Source: Paramoeba atlantica (taxonomy: Eukaryota; Protista; Discosea). Taken from it: DNA of 64,000 nt. This document shows, one piece after another, positions 61,901-64,000 of the stretch (its first letter is position 1; every line of letters starts with the position of its first letter). The notes under the pieces are model-generated. The model worked only from the letters and a program-made list of their open reading frames with translations. It had not been told where the DNA came from and made no database searches. The position numbers and the translations under genes are program-made. The stretch lies in NCBI GenBank assembly GCA_977017575.1, contig CDRNVI010000153.1:64329-128328 (forward strand). Direction: 5' to 3'.

Positions 61901-62721
61901 CTTGGATCCTTCTGCTGATAAATATAGTCACAAAAAACTGGTTTTTTTTTTATTTGAAAGGAAATAAGAAACGAGAGAAAAAGAGAAAAAAAAGAGAAGG
62001 AAATAGAGTAGAGAGAAAAGAAAAAGAGAGAGGAAATTAATGTCAAAAAAAAAGGCTGGAATCAACCCGAGAGGGCTTCCAATCAAAGGGGGAATAGCAT
62101 ATGAAAGTTCGGATACTTTTCAGGTTGAAAATTAATATAAAAGAAACATTTAAATTATGCTTGTTAATTTTAGAATCATAAGAATAAAAAAGAAAAGAGT
62201 GAATATAAAAAAATTGATCCATTTTAATCAAAATATTTCTAAAAATTGAATTTAAAGCAAATAACATTAAAAATACAAACAGCCTTCAGTAAAAATTCAA
62301 AAAAGTGGAGACGGAACGGTCCCTTATTGTAGTCTAAATTATGCAGGTAAAAAAAAAGAAAAGAGAAAGAAGAAAAAAGAAAAAGAAGAAAAAAAAGAAA
62401 AAGAAAAACACAAAAAAGTAAAAATAAATACTAAAAAAAATAAATCAAGAAACTGGGTGGAGCACCCAAAGACATGTTTTTACTGTTGAAATTGAAGATG
62501 TTGAACATCGTGAAATGCTTGCGAATGATGGTTTCTTTTTCTTTTTCTTTTTATTTCTTTTTTCTTCTTTCTTTTCTTTCTTTTTCTTTTTTTTTTCTTC
62601 CTTCTTCCCTTTCTTCTCTTTGTTCTTGTTTCCTTCACTTCTCTAAATATGTCACACAGCTGTTTTAAATGAAATTATTAACTTCATTTCAAGGCCAATT
62701 CGATCAAAACCACAGGTATAA
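52990..62721 (+). CDS. Multidomain protein: ubiquitin-like/RA-like domain, ankyrin repeats, C2-like region, LCAT/PDAT acyltransferase domain
   Basis: Manual GT-AG splicing stayed in frame over the segments checked (~53.0-54.3 kb and ~55.6-59.6 kb). UBL-like TVIKIV...TMKVEPQTRVDDIC...PEDYGLY; ankyrins GNYPIHYA, ETPLYLAV, RTLLHFAI, FTELHIAV; C2-like ELLGRANILLD; LCAT/PDAT motifs MIVPGLASSALE, RERVW, CPYDWRL, LLAHSMG, GAPFLGS, GDGTVPYCSL, EHREML. Confidence 0.78.
59787..59857 (+). tRNA. tRNA-Pro (anticodon UGG), inside intron 59749-60027 of the LCAT/PDAT gene
   Basis: Acceptor stem GGCGAAA/TTTCGCC, anticodon arm CTCGC-TTTGGGT-GCGAG, T arm CCGGG-TTCGATT-CCCGG, discriminator C, followed by an oligo-T Pol III terminator. 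Confidence 0.95.
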
Positions 62722-62723
62722 AC

Positions 62724-63311
62724 TCAACCAAGAGAAAAAAGAAAGAAAGGAAAGAAAGAGAAGAAAAAGGGAAGAGAAAAAAAAACTAATTTTCCTATTT
62801 TGCAGGAGGAAAAATGAACAAAAAAAAGGAAAAAAAAATAAAAAAAAAGTATTTTATTCAATAAGAAGTTGATGAAAGAACGAAGAAAAGAAGGGAAATG
62901 AGAAAAAGAAGGATTTTTCTTCTTCTTCTTCAATGAAGCTGGAAACGGAGATCGAGATAAAGAGGAAGGTGGAGAGGAGAAAGAGAGAGAGAGAGATGGA
63001 GCTGGAGCTGGAGATAAAGATGAAGGTGGAGATAAAAATGGAGTTGAAATGGAAGAACGAGATGGGGATGGAGAAGATGAAGGAGCTTCTTTCTTGCAAA
63101 CCGGATTGAAAGAAGAAGAAGAATTGATTTTTTCGAGGATGGTCTGCACTGTCGTGATCATAAAAACATTTGACAACAAGAAAACTGTAAAAAGTTTTGC
63201 GAAAGTTGTTCGATCAATCCAAAACGATGGGATTGCCAAGACCAAAAAATACAATGGGAACAGGAAAGTCCCAAGAAGAAGAGGGTTATCGAGTTTTGTT
63301 TTCACAAACAT
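62724..63311 (-). CDS. Possible small membrane protein or terminal exon (two hydrophobic segments plus S/P-rich tail)
   Basis: MFVKTKLDNPLLLGTFLFPLYFLVLAIPSFWIDRTTFAKLFTVFLLSNVFMITTVQ is more complex than the neighbouring simple-repeat ORFs; no family recognised. Confidence 0.3.
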   Translation of the reverse strand: MFVKTKLDNPLLLGTFLFPLYFLVLAIPSFWIDRTTFAKLFTVFLLSNVFMITTVQTILEKINSSSSFNPVCKKEAPSSSPSPSRSSISTPFLSPPSSLSPAPAPSLSLSFSSPPSSLSRSPFPASLKKKKKNPSFSHFPSFLRSFINFLLNKILFFYFFFLFFVHFSSCKIGKLVFFSLPFFFSFFPFFLFSLG

Positions 63312-64000
63312 GAAAACGAAAAACACAAAAAAGAGCAAAGGTATTTCTCAAGAGAGAGAGAGAGAGGAGAGAGTGAAGTCATCAAACAAGAAAAAGTTCC
63401 GGTACAGCGAATCAGAAGTTTCAAATTTCAGAAGTTTCGAATTTTCAGGATTTTTTTCCAAAGTGACACGTTTCTTTTTGATTTGGGTGACACGTCCTTT
63501 CGTTTTTGGCACCATTTAAAAACTTTTTAGATTTCTATTTTTTAGAGCGTGTTTATTCTCAAAATGTGTGGACTTTTTGGGCTTCATTTTCTCTGCAGGT
63601 CGGGACTAGCATTCCTCAAATGAAATGAAGTTCCTTGGTGGAGTTGTGAAAAAAAGGGGAGGAAGGCAAAAAAGAAGTCCACACAGGAAAAAAAAGAAGT
63701 TCTAAATGGGTGGCCAATTCAGTTGTGATTTCTTCGGATTGATTATTTTTGTCAAAATTTCTTTTGGAAACAGGAAAAAATCATCAAAATGAATGCGGCT
63801 CTTGTGCACCGTATCATTTTGGGTGATTGGAATGGAAGGGAGTGTGGCACAGCATTGGTTTTGTCAAAAAAAAGGAAAAGAAAGAAAAAAAAGGCGAGGA
63901 AGGCGAAAAACAAGAAGGTGGTAAAGGTGAAATAATGATTGTTTTCTTTTCTTTGCTATCGATTATTTTGTTTTTGTCCAGTTCCCTTTGAAATCTTTTG

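Noticed and set aside
2710-62721. Whole window as a lipid biosynthetic gene cluster
   Set aside because: FAAL, ACL and PDAT are separated by unrelated genes (Ras array, ZFC3H1-like, GH79); nothing in the sequence ties them into one pathway.
63463-63497. Twice-repeated GTGACACGT motif
   Set aside because: It could be a promoter element, but two short copies in one place cannot be told from chance without genome-wide data.
1-64000. Non-standard genetic code
   Set aside because: TAA (ACL), TAG (FAAL-Pls, kinase) and TGA (Ras) each end conserved proteins at the expected place, and spliced models have no internal stops.

Overview
Intron-rich, AT-rich and low-complexity eukaryotic DNA using the standard code; probably a free-living protist, with an amoebozoan-like gene content, but the species cannot be determined from sequence alone. 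From left to right: (1) a 5'-truncated, frameshifted non-LTR retrotransposon (RT, CCHC knuckle, RNase H) starting 9 nt after the stop codon of (2) a spliced ~1,800-aa gene made of a fatty acyl-AMP ligase, a carrier domain and a Pls/PosA-like membrane/hexapeptide module; (3) a tandem array of ten 4-exon Ras-like GTPase genes with an MG-N start and no CAAX box, whose P-loop, switch I and switch II are extremely diverse while introns and the C-terminal half are nearly identical; (4) a rearranged relic of gene 2; (5) a ~14-kb ZFC3H1/Red1-like gene; then an epoxide-hydrolase-like alpha/beta hydrolase, an intronless GH79 heparanase-like gene, a triple-PAS Ser/Thr kinase, a split-type ATP-citrate lyase subunit, and a UBL/RA-ankyrin-C2-LCAT/PDAT fusion gene carrying a tRNA-Pro(UGG) in one intron. 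The strongest candidate for an undescribed system is the switch-hypervariable Ras array, followed by the eukaryotic FAAL-carrier-Pls-like enzyme and the multidomain PDAT. All gene models were spliced by eye and no searches were run.
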